From: Leucoraja erinacea
Lineage: Eukaryota
Reading direction: 5' to 3'
Length of the DNA: 64,000 bases
Assembly (NCBI RefSeq): GCF_028641065.1
Contig: NC_073382.1
Span: 59,396,001-59,460,000, forward strand
A model generated the notes under the pieces. That model had not been told where the DNA came from and did not search any database. It was given only the letters and a program-made list of their open reading frames with translations. The position numbers were made by a program, and so were the translations under genes. Shown here in pieces: positions 62,570-64,000 of this stretch (positions are counted from its first letter, which is position 1; every line of letters begins with the position of its first letter).

Positions 62570-63592
62570 ATAAAGAACTGAGAAGAGGAATCAGAGCTGC
62601 CAAGGAAAGGTGCTCTGAGAAGTTGAGGAACAAGTTCTCAGCTAATGACTCTTCTTCAGTTTGGAAGGGCATGCAAGAAATCCCCAGCTATAAGAGGAAA
62701 GCCCCCCATTCTTTGGACAATCGTCAGCTGACGAACGACCTGAATGAGTTTTATTGCAGGTTTGAAAATCAGAAACGTAACCCTGGTACCCCCTCCCCAA
62801 CAAACACAGCCAGACTTCAGTCTGCAAAGAATGGACCCTGCACCCTCTCCTTCCCATTCACCACTTCACACCTACTTAAGGCAAGACTCCAGTATGAAAA
62901 GAGTGGACCCTTTCCCACCCCACCCAACACTTCACACCAACTCGCAGCCTGACCTCAGTCTGCAAAGACTGGGCCCTTCTACACCCATCCCACTCCAATT
63001 ACTCATTTTTAACCAGTCCCTGCCTGCTTCAAAGTCTCCACTATTGTCCCTGTATCCAAAAAGGCAAGGATTACTGTTCTTAATGACTACAGGCTTGTCG
63101 CACTGACCTCTGTAGTCATGAAGACCGTTGGAAGGCTTATGCTGGCCAAGCTGAAAAATATCACAATCCTTCTGCTGGACCATTTGCATATTGGGCCAAT
63201 AGATCTGTGGATGATGCAGTCAATCTGGGCCTGCACTTCGTCCTCCAGCACCTAGACTGTCAGGGAACCTATGTGAGGATTTTGTTTTATTGATTTTAGC
63301 TCTGCATTCAACACCATTGTGCCAGAACTAGTACACTCCAAATCTTCTGAGTTGACTGTGCCTGAACCCCTCTGTCGGTTGGATCACCAGCTTTCTGACA
63401 GACAGGAAGCAGCATGTGAGGCGGGAAAGCATATCTCGGACCCGCAAACGCTCGGCATAGGAGCACCACAAGATGCGTACTCTCCCCTCTCCTCTACTCT
63501 CGCCACACCAATGACTGCACCTCCACAGACACCTCTGTCAAGCTTCTCAAGTTTGCGGATGACACAACCCTGATTGGACTGATCCAGGATGG
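62570..63592 (+). mobile_element. Degraded Rex1/Babar-like LINE fragment
   Basis: [25 protein letters not shown] and KFADDTT remnants. Confidence 0.75.
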
Positions 63593-63594
63593 GA

Positions 63595-63935
63595 TCTCTG
63601 TACTCTTTTCAGTTTGACATCTTTCCTATAACATGGTGCCCAGAACTGAACACAATATTCTAAATGCGGTCTCACCAAAGTCTTATACAACTGCAACATG
63701 ACCTCCCAACTTCTATACTCAATACTCTGACTGATGAAGGCCAAAGTGCCAAAATACTTTTTGACCACCTGATATACCTGCGACATGATCTTCAAGGAAC
63801 CATGCAACCATCAACCATTCCTCTGCCCACCTGGCTAATTGATCCAGATCCTGCTGCAATCTTTCACAACCATCTTCACTATCTGCAAAACCACTCACTC
63901 CTGTATCATCAGCAAACTTGCTAATCTTGCCCTGT
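63595..63935 (-). mobile_element. CR1-type LINE fragment
   Basis: [19 protein letters not shown]. Confidence 0.75.
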
Positions 63936-64000
63936 TCTGTGACGTTTCACAGAGTGCTGGAGTAACTCGGCGGGCCAGGCTGAGTATAGAAGTTGGAAGG

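Overview
Vertebrate genomic DNA, most likely a cartilaginous fish (skate/ray-like, inferred from the CR1, Rex1/Babar, Penelope and SINE content). It holds four genes in two head-to-head pairs. MRPL30 (- strand) has its first two coding exons here and continues off the left edge. MITD1 (+) is complete, with 7 coding exons and 246 aa. KCTD21 (-) has a single coding exon of 260 aa and a probable non-coding exon 1 near 49 kb. USP35 (+) has its first coding exon here and continues off the right edge. The introns are full of nested transposons. The most notable observations are: (1) five tiny 17-34 bp CAAAGAT...ATCTTTG inserts, each between 8-bp target duplications, whose longest arms are exactly 17 nt, which is the P-element excision-footprint signature, and all five lie at two promoters; (2) a young, structurally complete gag-only (pol-less) Gypsy LTR element; (3) a 55-bp tandem array of CRE half-site plus GC-box units forming much of the MRPL30/MITD1 bidirectional promoter; (4) an inverted duplicate between the KCTD21 and USP35 promoters. 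All calls come from reading the sequence by eye and recalling homologues; no searches were run, and repeat boundaries without a TSD are approximate.
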